From Opitutaceae bacterium (lineage in GTDB: Bacteria > Verrucomicrobiota > Verrucomicrobiia > Opitutales > Opitutaceae), in contig DASPMS010000011.1 in the NCBI GenBank assembly GCA_035626915.1, positions 16,179 to 80,178 on the forward strand: 64,000 nucleotides of DNA. Reading direction: 5' to 3'. The position numbers and the translations under genes were made by a program. Shown piece by piece: positions 8,655 through 16,902 of the stretch (positions are counted from its first letter, which is position 1; every line of letters begins with the position of its first letter). The notes beneath the pieces were generated by a model. The model saw only the letters and a list, made by a program, of their open reading frames with translations, did no database searches and had not been told where the DNA came from.

Positions 8655-9803
8655 ATGGCCCCGGCCGCTTCCAAGACTGACGGACGATCCCGACGCCCGC
8701 CCACGCGACGCGTGGGGCGCGTCGCCGCGGTCGCGGCGGGCGCGCTCGTCCTGCTCCTGTTCGCCGTGCAGTTCGCCGGCTCGGCCATCGCGACGCGCCT
8801 GGCCAACCGCCGGCTGGCCGACCTGCCGGAGTTCGGCGGCCGCGTCGGCCGCGTTCACGTCGTGCCCTGGGGCGCGCGCGTGGTCGTGCGCGATTTCCTG
8901 CTGTGGCAGCGCGGGCAGGAGGGCGCCGGACCGATCGTGGCGGCGCCGCGCACCGAGCTCGACCTGGCGTTCCTGCCCCTGTTCGCCGGCAGGATCCGAG
9001 GCGAGATCCGGATCGTGGATCCGGCGATCACCCTCCGCCGCGAGGGAATCGCCGCCGCTCCGGAGAAGGAGGAGAAAGACGAGGCGGCGGAGAAGGCCGA
9101 GCGGGACCGCCGGCTGGGCGAGATGCGCCGGTGGCAGCAGGTGATGCGGGATTCGTTCCCGATGGAGCTGTCGCGCTTCGAGGTTTCCGGCGGCACGGTG
9201 CGGGTCGAGGACCGCGCGGCGCAGCCGCCTTCGACGGTGGAGCTGACGGGCCTGAAGGTGGTGCTCACCGATCTTCGCACGAAGCCGGCGGGCGATCGGC
9301 GACGGCCGTCCACCGGCCGGCTCGAGGCCCTCGTCGCCGGGAGCGGGCGGCTGCAGGTGACGGTGGAGGCCGATCCGGCCGCCGACACCCCGGAGTTCGG
9401 CGCCAAGCTCCAGATGGACGGCCTGGCGCTGACCGGCCTGCGCGACTTCCTCCATTCGGCGGCGAAAGTCGATGTCACGGCCGGCACGTTCGACGTCTAC
9501 ATCGAGGTCGACGCGACCGGCGGGGCGTACGAGGGCTATGTGAAGCCGTTTCTCAAGGACGTCGAATTCGAGCCGGTGAAGGACCCGAATGAACCCGCGG
9601 TGAAGCGGCTCGTCGCCCAGACGGCCGATGCGGTGACGGACCTCCTGAAGAACGAAGAGGAAAAGGTCGCGACCCGGGCGCCCTTCCAGGGCAATTTCGC
9701 GGACAACCGCGTGGATGTCTGGACGACCATCGAGAACCTGCTCCGGAACGCGTTCGTGCAATCGCTGCGGGAGGGGCTCGAGGCCCGTCCGCGCGGGAAG
9801 TAG
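8655..9803 (+). CDS. DUF748-domain membrane-anchored protein
   Basis: Internal ATG at 8655 in the frame of the 7506..9803 ORF (MAPAASKTDG...). An N-terminal TM anchor (VAAVAAGALVLLLFAV) is followed by DUF748-like repeats: VVRDFLLWQ, VEDRAAQPPSTVELTGLKVVLTDL, LQMDGLALTGLRDFL, AGTFDVYIEVDA, YEGYVKPFLKDVEF. The upstream part of the track ORF overlaps the kinase gene and is rejected. Confidence 0.7.
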   Translation: MAPAASKTDGRSRRPPTRRVGRVAAVAAGALVLLLFAVQFAGSAIATRLANRRLADLPEFGGRVGRVHVVPWGARVVVRDFLLWQRGQEGAGPIVAAPRTELDLAFLPLFAGRIRGEIRIVDPAITLRREGIAAAPEKEEKDEAAEKAERDRRLGEMRRWQQVMRDSFPMELSRFEVSGGTVRVEDRAAQPPSTVELTGLKVVLTDLRTKPAGDRRRPSTGRLEALVAGSGRLQVTVEADPAADTPEFGAKLQMDGLALTGLRDFLHSAAKVDVTAGTFDVYIEVDATGGAYEGYVKPFLKDVEFEPVKDPNEPAVKRLVAQTADAVTDLLKNEEEKVATRAPFQGNFADNRVDVWTTIENLLRNAFVQSLREGLEARPRGK

Positions 9804-9822
9804 CGGGCGCGGGCGCCCGGGA

Positions 9823-10932
9823 TCAGCGCCGCGCGATCGAACGCGAGGCACCGGGCCGCGGGCGCCGGCGCTGGACGGGCGGGGCCCGTCTCCCGCGGGA
9901 AGCCCCCGGTCGGTTGCGCGCCGGGCCGGGAACGCGAGCCTCCGCTTTTCCGACGCGGCCGCGCGCGGGGCGGGGGGGCGTGGTCGCGCGTCTCCGCCAG
10001 GCCGGCCAGACGGTCCGGGCGACCTCCGGGATCGAGGCGACGGGCGGGGCGGCCGGCGGCCGCGGGCCGCGGCCCAGGAAATGAGCCAGCATCATGGCGT
10101 CGAACGGCGCGCGAACTTTCACGTCGTTGTCGAAATACACGAAGACGTCCCGGCCTCGCGCCCGGCGCGCCGCCGGGGGGCCGATGCGGCGGGCGCCGCG
10201 CGGGTCGCCACCGCGGGCCCACGCGCGGATCTTCCGTGCCCATTCGCGCAGCGCGGCGTCGGTGTAGCCGCTGACATACAGCTCCGCGTCGCCGTGCAGC
10301 CGCGCGTAGACGAAGTCGGCCGTCACGTCCTCGAGGAACGGCCATTTGCCGGCGGTGTCCGCGACGACCAGGGCGATGCGGTGCCGGCGCAGGAGCGCCA
10401 CGAACTCCGGCGTCACGAACGAGGGATGCCGCACCTCCAGGGCGTGGCGAAGGGGTCGCCGCGGGGCGTCTTCCGCGCGGAAGGCGGGCACGCGGTGGTC
10501 GTGGTCCCGGGCCAGCTCCGCGGCGGCGTGGGTATCGCGGGGCAGAAGCTCGAAGAACGCCGCGAGACGCGCCGGGTCGAAGGGCAGGCTGGGCGGCAGC
10601 TGCCAGAGCAGCGGGCCGAGCTTCTCGCCGAGGAGCAGGACGCCCGAGGCGAAGAAGTTGGCGAGCGGGGTCCGGACATCCCGCAGGCGCCGGATGTGCG
10701 TGATGAACCGCGGCCCCTTGACGGCGAAGACGAAATCGTCGGGCACCGCGGCGGCCCACGCCCGATAGCTCGAGGCCCGCTGCAGCGAATAGAACGTGCC
10801 GTTGATCTCGATCGACGCGACCTGGCGCGAAGCGTGCGCCAGTTCCTCGCGTTGCCGCAGCCCCCGGGGGAAGAAGGTCCCGCGCCACGGCGCGTAGGTC
10901 CAGCCGGAGATTCCGATGCGGAGGTCCGGCAT
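9823..10932 (-). CDS. DUF72-family protein (YecE-like) with Arg/Pro-rich C-terminal extension
   Basis: 369 aa. DUF72 hallmarks: IGISGWTYAPWRGTFFP, IEINGTFYSL, FVFAVKGPRFITH, LGPLLWQLPPS, LEVRHPSF, YARLHG, FVYFDND. The last roughly 90 aa are low-complexity R/P/A and may be read-through. Confidence 0.8.
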   Translation of the reverse strand: MPDLRIGISGWTYAPWRGTFFPRGLRQREELAHASRQVASIEINGTFYSLQRASSYRAWAAAVPDDFVFAVKGPRFITHIRRLRDVRTPLANFFASGVLLLGEKLGPLLWQLPPSLPFDPARLAAFFELLPRDTHAAAELARDHDHRVPAFRAEDAPRRPLRHALEVRHPSFVTPEFVALLRRHRIALVVADTAGKWPFLEDVTADFVYARLHGDAELYVSGYTDAALREWARKIRAWARGGDPRGARRIGPPAARRARGRDVFVYFDNDVKVRAPFDAMMLAHFLGRGPRPPAAPPVASIPEVARTVWPAWRRRATTPPRPARGRVGKAEARVPGPARNRPGASRGRRAPPVQRRRPRPGASRSIARR

Positions 10933-10939
10933 GGCGGGA

Positions 10940-12052
10940 TCACTCGTGGGGCGCTCCGGCCTCGACCGGTTCGGGCGGCCGCGTCGCCGGACGCATCCGG
11001 CGCTGCCGCGCGCTCGGGCGGCGCGCCTTCCGGAAGGGCGCGAGCCGCACGCTGCGGCCCGTCCGGTCGGACGCCACGATCGCCTCGATGATGCGAAGAT
11101 CCGCCAGCCCCTCGCGGCCCGAAGGCTCGAGCACGCGCCCCGACCGGATCGCCTGCGAGAAGGCCTCGATCTCGCCGGCGAACTGGTCCGTGTGGCGGAA
11201 CGTCCGGCGGTGGGTCCGGCCGTTGGCCGTGAGCTCGAGCCGCAGGGCTTCCGCGTATTCGAAGGCCGGCTCCAGCACGATGCGCCCCTTGGTGCCGACC
11301 AGCTCGCAGCGCGACACGTCGGCCGCCCCGAAGCTCACGACGAACGACGCGACGCGCCCGCCGGGGAACCGCAGGATCGCCGCGGCCGTCTCCTCGACCT
11401 CCCGGAAGCGGCGGTCGCCCGACCGCGAGAGCATGCCGGTCACCTCGACCGGCTCGTCCTGCATGAGGTAGCGGGCGGCGTTGATGCAATAGATGCCGAT
11501 GTCGTACAGCGGGCCGCCGCCGCGCACCAGCCGGAGACGGATGTTGCGCGGGTCCGTCACCTGGTAGCTGAAGCTCGAGTTGAAATACCGGATCTCGCCG
11601 ATCCGCCCGGCCTTGACGTGCTGGATGGCCGCCAGCGTCGCCGGCTCATAGTGGAGCCGGTACGCGGTCATGAGCTTCACGCCCGTCCGCATCGCGGCCC
11701 GGATCATTTCTCGCGCCTCGGCCGGATCCAGCGCCAGCGGCTTCTCGCAGAGCACGTGCCGTCCGGCCGCGGCGGCGCGGACGGCGAAATCGAGGTGGAG
11801 GTCGTTCGGCAGTGCGATGTAGACGGCCTCGACCTCTGGGTCAGCCAGGCACGCGTCGAAGCGATCGTACAGGTACGTGCGCGCGACCCGGTATTTTCGA
11901 CCCAGCACGGCCAGCTTGTCGCGATTTCCCGAGACCAACGCCACCAGGCGCGATCCGCGCGCGTGGCGGAAGGCCGGCAGCACCGCGACCTGCGCGATGT
12001 GGCCGAGTCCGACGACGGCGTAGCCGACCGGGCGTTGGCGGGCGCTGCTCAT
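10940..12052 (-). CDS. Gfo/Idh/MocA-family NAD(P)-dependent oxidoreductase
   Basis: In-frame ATG at 12052..12050 (MSSARQRPVGYAVVGLGHIAQ..) of the 10940..12784 ORF. It has a Rossmann N-terminus and the EKP motif (HVLCEKPLA). The upstream part of the track ORF overlaps the next gene and is low-complexity. Confidence 0.85.
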   Translation of the reverse strand: MSSARQRPVGYAVVGLGHIAQVAVLPAFRHARGSRLVALVSGNRDKLAVLGRKYRVARTYLYDRFDACLADPEVEAVYIALPNDLHLDFAVRAAAAGRHVLCEKPLALDPAEAREMIRAAMRTGVKLMTAYRLHYEPATLAAIQHVKAGRIGEIRYFNSSFSYQVTDPRNIRLRLVRGGGPLYDIGIYCINAARYLMQDEPVEVTGMLSRSGDRRFREVEETAAAILRFPGGRVASFVVSFGAADVSRCELVGTKGRIVLEPAFEYAEALRLELTANGRTHRRTFRHTDQFAGEIEAFSQAIRSGRVLEPSGREGLADLRIIEAIVASDRTGRSVRLAPFRKARRPSARQRRMRPATRPPEPVEAGAPHE

Positions 12053-12101
12053 TGGGGCCGGAAGGGGGCGGCGCGGGTCCGGCCGCGCCGCCCGGGGCGT
12101 C

Positions 12102-12986
12102 TCAGCGGTGGCGCGGTCCTGCCCGGCGGCTGCGCGAACCCTGCTCGCGCTCGGCTTCGTCGTCACGGCCGTACCCGCGCTCGTCGCGGTAGCGGTCATC
12201 CTCGCGGCCGCCCCGGAATTCGGACTGGCCCTGCCAGCCGGGGCCGTAACGGTCGACGCCCTCGTCGTAGCCCTCGGCGCGGCGGAAGTCGCTGGCATAG
12301 CGCTCGCGGCCGGTGCGCCCGTAGTCGCGTTCGCGCGCTCCGTAATAGTCCCAGTCCTGCGGCCGGTAGTCGCGCTGCTCCTCGCCGTAGGGCGCGCCCG
12401 CCCGGCCCGGCTGCCGGCCACGCGGAAACTCGCGCGACTGCATGCTCGGGCGCCAGTCGCTGAAGTCCTCTTCGCGTTCCCGGCGCGGACGGCCGTAGTC
12501 GTCCTGGTGCTCCCCGCTGTGCCAGGGCTCCGCCCGCCACGCGCCGCGTTCCGACGGACCCTGGCGGGCCCGGTAATCGTCCTCGGCCCAGCGTTCGCCC
12601 CGGTCCGTGCGGCCGCGATAGTCGTCGTTCTCCCACCGGCCGGCGCCGCCCTGCGACGCGCCGCTGCCGCGATGCGCCGTTTCCCAGTGCGAGCGGCCCT
12701 CCGGCCCGCGCTCGCGACGATAGTCGGACGATTCCGCCGCGAACCCGCGGCCCCGGCGCTCGTCGTCGTTCCAGCCGCTGTCACGGCGGCCCATGCGGCC
12801 GTCGCCGCGACGCGAGCCGGAATCCGGTTCGCGCCGCCGGTCCTCGCCGCGGTCCCGGCCCGTGTCGGCGCGGCCGCCCTGCACGCGGCGGATGGAGCTC
12901 GAGGTGTCGCCGGACGCCCGGCGGGAAGTGAAGCGGCCGCTGCTGCTGCGCTGCTGCGTGCGCTGAGATCGGGTCTTGGTAGGCAT
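12102..12986 (-). CDS. Intrinsically disordered Arg/Asp/Glu/Gly-rich protein with interspersed Tyr/Trp/Phe; no recognisable domain
   Basis: 294 aa. By my count about 67 Arg, no Leu, one Ile and two Val. There are many D-Y-R / DDYR / RDYGR-like motifs. The minus frame uses preferred GC-ending codons (TAC Tyr). The antisense + ORF (12108..13058) is full of rare GTA/ATA codons. GGAGAA lies about 8 nt upstream of the ATG. Confidence 0.65.
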   Translation of the reverse strand: MPTKTRSQRTQQRSSSGRFTSRRASGDTSSSIRRVQGGRADTGRDRGEDRRREPDSGSRRGDGRMGRRDSGWNDDERRGRGFAAESSDYRRERGPEGRSHWETAHRGSGASQGGAGRWENDDYRGRTDRGERWAEDDYRARQGPSERGAWRAEPWHSGEHQDDYGRPRREREEDFSDWRPSMQSREFPRGRQPGRAGAPYGEEQRDYRPQDWDYYGARERDYGRTGRERYASDFRRAEGYDEGVDRYGPGWQGQSEFRGGREDDRYRDERGYGRDDEAEREQGSRSRRAGPRHR

Positions 12987-13240
12987 GACTTCTGTTCTCC
13001 GTTCGGGCGGGGTTGCGTGAAACCGACGTGTTTCGCCCGGGCCGCGTCGGCGCTTTGATCGAAGCTAGCTGCCGCCGCCGAGCCGCGCTATCGGGCCGAT
13101 GTCCGAGGCAAAGACCGAGGAATCGCCCGCCGCGCGCGCGCTGCGGCGCGCAGAGGGCGACGGCGTAAAGGGCGAGAGAAAAAATCGCGCTAGGGTTTGA
13201 CCCCACTGTTCGCCGGCGTCGAACGCGCTATGCTTGCAGC

Positions 13241-13453
13241 ATGACTCCCACCAAATCCGAACTGGTCTTCGTTCAGGCGCGCTCACTGGCGACCCTTCGG
13301 CTGAAGGTCGCGGCTCGTCTTGCCACCGGCTGGATCGTCGATGGCGACCAGCTGGTGGTCACTGACTACCTGCCGCGGCGCCCGGTGAAGCGCTATGTCC
13401 AAGGTATGATTCGTCCGCTGCCCGTCATCTTTCACTGGTCGGCGGTGCAGTGA
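13241..13453 (+). CDS. Small hypothetical protein
   Basis: 70 aa of balanced, globular-looking composition (MTPTKSELVFVQARSLATLRLKVAARLATGWIVDGDQLVV...). It lies in a lower-GC intergenic patch and has weaker GC3 bias than its neighbours. No family assigned with confidence. Confidence 0.4.
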   Translation: MTPTKSELVFVQARSLATLRLKVAARLATGWIVDGDQLVVTDYLPRRPVKRYVQGMIRPLPVIFHWSAVQ

Positions 13454-13661
13454 TTCCGCGGTCGCGCGCACCCTGCCGCGGCGCGCGACCGAGTTTCCCC
13501 ATGTCCGCGTCGGCGCGTGGCCTGATGGCTGCGGGACGCGGCTCGCGGTAGGATAAGTCCTTCCTGCTTGCGGCGTTTCCCCGACCGCGCCTTCCGTTCC
13601 CCAAGTCCGATCGTACGCCGCGGGCGCAGCCTAAGGGGGAACTTCCAAACCAGAAAGCAAC

Positions 13662-13931
13662 ATGGCCAAATCAGCACAAACCAGCCGTTCCCGCGGCAGC
13701 AGCCGCAGCTCGAAATCACGGAGCGGTTCCGGTCGGACCGCAGGCGCCCGCGGCGGCTCGCGCAGCATGAGTTCACGCCGCAGCGGCTCGCGCAGCCTCA
13801 GTTCGCGCGGCGGCCGCAGCTCGGCCAGCGGCCGAGGCGGTGGCGATGGCGGCATGGGCCGCAGCCGCTCGAGCACGCGCGGGCGCACGCGCATGTCCTC
13901 GCACGCGGAGGGCGACGAAAGCGGCGACTAG
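13662..13931 (+). CDS. Ser/Arg/Gly-rich highly basic small protein (protamine-like) with short acidic tail
   Basis: 89 aa, MAKSAQTSRSRGSSRSSKSRSGSGRTAG...SSHAEGDESGD. GC3-rich codons and internal near-repeats (SSRRSGSRSLSSRGGRSS). It overlaps the 3' end of the convergent topoisomerase ORF by 134 nt, so one of the two annotations is over-extended. Confidence 0.4.
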   Translation: MAKSAQTSRSRGSSRSSKSRSGSGRTAGARGGSRSMSSRRSGSRSLSSRGGRSSASGRGGGDGGMGRSRSSTRGRTRMSSHAEGDESGD

Positions 13932-15072
13932 CGCGCGGCGCCCGTCGGCCGGACTGGCTTTTCGGCGAGGGTCGCCGCGCCGCCGACTCATTGGCCCGCG
14001 TCAGGCGCGAGAGGAGCGTCCGCTCGGCCGGACTGAGCCCGTCCTTCCGCCGGGTGCGCGATGCGCCGGCCGGGATCCCCATCGCGACGCCGGCGAGGTA
14101 GTCCGCCACGATGTCGGGGTGGACGTAGCACTTCCGGCAGATGGCGGGGGTGTTGCCCAGCCGGGCGGCGACGTCCGCGATCACCGCGGCCAGCCGCCGC
14201 TTGGTTCGCGGCTGCCCGGCCAGCGCGGGGTCGCCGAGCAGCCCCGCGGCGACGACCGTGCCGGCCCAGGTGCGGAAATCCTTCGCCGTCACCTCGAGGC
14301 CGGCGGCGTCGCGAAGGTAGTCGTTCACGTCGGCGGACGCCACTCGGCGGATCCGCCCCCGGTCGTCCACATATTGGAAAAGGTCCTGGCCCGGCAGGTG
14401 CTGCAGTCGGCGCAATTCTTTCGCGAGGCGCGGGCTTCGCAGCTCGAGCGCGTTCCACTTGCCGCTTTTGCCGCGGAAGTGGAACCGGAGCCGGTCGCGC
14501 CGCACCGTGACGTGGCGGTCGCGCAGCGTGGTGAGCCCGTAGGAGCGGTTGGCGCGCGCGTATTCCTCGTTGCCGACACGGATGAGCGTGCGCTCGAGCA
14601 GGTCGACGAGGGTGGCGAGGACCGCCGGACGGGAGAGCGGGGGGCGCCGCAGGTCCCGGGCCACGCGGCGGCGGATCGCCGGCAGCGCGCGACCGAACTC
14701 CGCGAGGTGATCGAACTTGGCCTCCTCCCGCACCTCCCGCAGATGCGGGTGATACCGGTACTGCCAGCGCCCACGGACGTCGCGGCCCGCGGCCTGGAGG
14801 TGGCCGTCGGGTCGGGGGCAGATCCACACCTCCGTCCACGCCGGCGGGATGGCGAGGCGGCGGATGCGGTCCAGCTCCCGGGGCGCGGTGACGAGCCGGC
14901 CGTCAGGGCGCCGATAGCGGAAGCTCCCGCGGAACCGCTCGCGCCGGAGCCCCGGGGCGAATCGCGAGACGTACCGGAGCGAGCGAGGCAGCGCGGCGCG
15001 GACCTGCGCGGGCGTGCTGGCGAAGCCGACGCCGGCGGGCGCCGGGGCGGTTCGGGCCGGGGCTCGCGCCAT
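13798..15072 (-). CDS. Type IB DNA topoisomerase (bacterial/poxvirus-like TopIB)
   Basis: 424 aa. TopIB signatures: IPPAWTEVWICP, GRDVRGRWQYRYHP, VGNEEYARANRSYGLTTLR, LRFHFRGKSGK, AKDFRTWAGT, LGNTPAICRKCYVHP (catalytic Tyr context). The last roughly 45 aa are Cys/Arg-rich and antisense to the SR-rich ORF, so they are probably non-functional read-through. Confidence 0.85.
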   Translation of the reverse strand: MARAPARTAPAPAGVGFASTPAQVRAALPRSLRYVSRFAPGLRRERFRGSFRYRRPDGRLVTAPRELDRIRRLAIPPAWTEVWICPRPDGHLQAAGRDVRGRWQYRYHPHLREVREEAKFDHLAEFGRALPAIRRRVARDLRRPPLSRPAVLATLVDLLERTLIRVGNEEYARANRSYGLTTLRDRHVTVRRDRLRFHFRGKSGKWNALELRSPRLAKELRRLQHLPGQDLFQYVDDRGRIRRVASADVNDYLRDAAGLEVTAKDFRTWAGTVVAAGLLGDPALAGQPRTKRRLAAVIADVAARLGNTPAICRKCYVHPDIVADYLAGVAMGIPAGASRTRRKDGLSPAERTLLSRLTRANESAARRPSPKSQSGRRAPRASRRFRRPPRARTCACARACSSGCGPCRHRHRLGRWPSCGRRAN

Positions 15073-15079
15073 GGAACGG

Positions 15080-15532
15080 TCAATCCGAGACCGCGCGGAC
15101 CAGGCCCGCCACGTGGCCGGGGCGGCGCGAGGTGGCGTCGGCGAAGTCGCCGCGCAGGAATTTCAGGGCGAATCGCTCGCGGTCGATCTCACCGGCGGTG
15201 CGCACGCCCAGGCGCCGGAGCAGCGGCACGGGCGGGCACCAGCCCCGCGCGCCGTGCAGCAGGAGGAAGCCGAGCACGCCGCCGGAGAGCAGCAGCCAGC
15301 GCCGGCCGCGCAGGAATGCCAGGATCACGCCCGCCAGCGCGAGGGTGGCGGCGTTGGTCTGGAGGGTCCGCTCCATGTCCCATTCACGGTCCAGCGCGGC
15401 GATCCGCGCGTTCAGCTCCTCCGGCGCGGCGCGGGCATGGCGGTGGATGGATTCCGCGATCCGGTCGTCGATGCGCCGGTTCGCGCGCGGAGGGGAGTGC
15501 CGCCGGACGCGGTCAGGTTCGCCGGAATTCAT
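15080..15532 (-). CDS. DUF2892 (YgaP-like) membrane protein
   Basis: 150 aa. Two TM helices are followed by the DUF2892 signature GWCPPVPLLRRLG. Confidence 0.7.
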   Translation of the reverse strand: MNSGEPDRVRRHSPPRANRRIDDRIAESIHRHARAAPEELNARIAALDREWDMERTLQTNAATLALAGVILAFLRGRRWLLLSGGVLGFLLLHGARGWCPPVPLLRRLGVRTAGEIDRERFALKFLRGDFADATSRRPGHVAGLVRAVSD

Positions 15533-15691
15533 GCCGGCAGGGTGCGCGAGCGGACGCGGTCACGCCATCGGGCCGCGACCGGAAATTCAGCCCGGACGCG
15601 GAGGTCGGTGAATCCCCCGGGGGATGGTATGGGAATCCCCCGGCACGCGGGGACGAACCCCGGCGGCTATAGTGGGTCACACCGCGACATC

Positions 15692-16375
15692 ATGAAACCG
15701 TCCGATCTCCGCCCCGCGCTCGTTGCGCTCTGCCTCGCCGCCGTCCCCGCCGGCATCGCGCAGGTGCCCCCGCCCCCGATCGAGAGTGGCGCGCCCGACG
15801 AGCCGACTCCGGGTCCCGGCCAGGCGCGGCGGGAAATCCAGCCGCCGTCCGGCCCTCTGGTCCCGAGTCCCTTTCCGGCACCCGATCCCGCGGCGCCGCC
15901 GCGCGCCGGCGAGGTGTCGTCGCCGAGCGCGGCCAATCCCGGGCTGCCCCAGCTGGGCGTGGGTTCGTTGAACATCGACGCGCTCGCGGCCGGGGGCGTG
16001 GATTCGGCGCTCGATCCGCGGGCGACGATCGCGAATTTCAACAGCGCGCCGCGGGCGGACCAGGATGTCGCGCTCGCCGACGTGCGCACGCGGGTGGACG
16101 CGACCCGGCGCGCGCTGATCGAGCTGCGCGCGCGGTCCCGCGCCGAGGGCGCGGAGGTCGACTCCACCCGGCAGGGCCGGCTGGAAGCCGAGCTCGAGGA
16201 GCAGGAGGAGGCCTTGAAACGCACCTTGGCGACGGCGCCCGTGGCGCAGACCGACGACGAATGGCGGCGACTGCAGACCGAGGTATCGTTGCAATACGAG
16301 GCCTACGCGAATGCGGTCCGGCGCGTCCAACTGAACCTGCAATCCAAGGAGGCGGAGATTCCGGCCGAACGATGA
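15692..16375 (+). CDS. Hypothetical secreted protein (Pro-rich N-terminal half, coiled-coil-like C-terminal half)
   Basis: In-frame ATG at 15692 (MKPSDLRPALVALCLAAVPAGIAQ signal peptide) of the 15014..16375 ORF. The C-terminus is charged helical heptad-like sequence (RALIELRARSRAEGAEVDS...LEAELEEQEEALKR). Its stop overlaps the next start (ATGA). Confidence 0.55.
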   Translation: MKPSDLRPALVALCLAAVPAGIAQVPPPPIESGAPDEPTPGPGQARREIQPPSGPLVPSPFPAPDPAAPPRAGEVSSPSAANPGLPQLGVGSLNIDALAAGGVDSALDPRATIANFNSAPRADQDVALADVRTRVDATRRALIELRARSRAEGAEVDSTRQGRLEAELEEQEEALKRTLATAPVAQTDDEWRRLQTEVSLQYEAYANAVRRVQLNLQSKEAEIPAER

Positions 16376-16671
16376 AAACAAGCCCCACCCCGACTTCCGC
16401 GCGGTCCCCGGCGGACTCCCTGCCTGTCCTCTACGTGAAGACCGGCTGCCCCTGGTGCGAGGAGGCGGTCGATTTCCTGCGCGACCATGGCATCGGCTAC
16501 CGCGAGCGCGTGGTGTCGGGCGATTCCGGCGCATTCGCCGAGATGCAGCGGGTTTCCCACCAGACGAAGGCGCCGGTGCTCGACTGGCATGGCGACGTCC
16601 TGGCGGACTTCGGCGTCGACGAGCTGGTGCCGTTCCTGCGCGGGAAGAACGTCAAGCTCGAGGACAGCTGA
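16372..16671 (+). CDS. Glutaredoxin-family protein (CPWC active site)
   Basis: In-frame ATG at 16372. Sequence LPVLYVKTGCPWCEEAVDFLRDHGIGYRERVV...KAPVLDWHGDVLADFGVDELVPFL shows a thioredoxin fold with a CxxC motif. Confidence 0.8.
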   Translation: MKTSPTPTSARSPADSLPVLYVKTGCPWCEEAVDFLRDHGIGYRERVVSGDSGAFAEMQRVSHQTKAPVLDWHGDVLADFGVDELVPFLRGKNVKLEDS

Positions 16672-16686
16672 GGATCGCGCTCCCGT

Positions 16687-16732
16687 CCGTTGGCAAAAGT
16701 CTGTCGCATATGCGACAGACTTTTGCCAACGG
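16687..16732. terminator. Perfect 46-bp palindrome; bidirectional intrinsic-terminator-like repeat element, copy 1
   Basis: CCGTTGGCAAAAGTCTGTCGCAT|ATGCGACAGACTTTTGCCAACGG. The GC-rich stem GTCTGTCGC/GCGACAGAC has an ATAT loop and is flanked by AAAA/TTTT, so either strand reads stem plus U-tract. It lies between convergent genes (grx-like end 16671, DUF892 end 16903). Confidence 0.7.
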
Positions 16733-16789
16733 GCCCGAAGCACGCCGTCGATGGACCTGCGTCCCCGGAGCGTCGCGAAAGGGCACGGC

Positions 16790-16823
16790 CGAAGGTCTGT
16801 CGCATATGCGACAGACTTTTGCC
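16790..16823. terminator. Same palindromic element, copy 2 (imperfect outer arms)
   Basis: CGAAGGTCTGTCGCATATGCGACAGACTTTTGCC. The 22-bp core is identical to copy 1, about 100 bp away in the same convergent gap. Confidence 0.65.
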
Positions 16824-16902
16824 GGAGAGAAACGCCGAGCGAAACGCGGCGGGCGGAGCCGGCGGCTCCGCCCGGGATGATCCGACGGCGTTCGGGCGCC
16901 GG

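Noticed and set aside
12108-13058. 316-aa plus-strand Ala/Val/Leu-rich ORF opposite the Arg-rich disordered protein
   Set aside because: I considered it as the real gene because it looks membrane-like. However, it is loaded with GTA and ATA codons, which are rare in a high-GC genome. They are simply the complements of preferred TAC/TAT Tyr codons on the minus strand. The minus ORF also has an ATG with an upstream GGAGAA. The strand choice remains an inference.
13798-13935. Cys-rich C-terminal tail of TopIB (CACARACSSGCGPCRHRH) as a possible zinc-binding module
   Set aside because: The tail is the exact antisense of the Ser/Arg/Gly-coding low-complexity DNA, where AGC/CGC/GGC repeats read as GCT/GCG/GCC and TGC. 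A compositional artefact is more parsimonious than a zinc finger.
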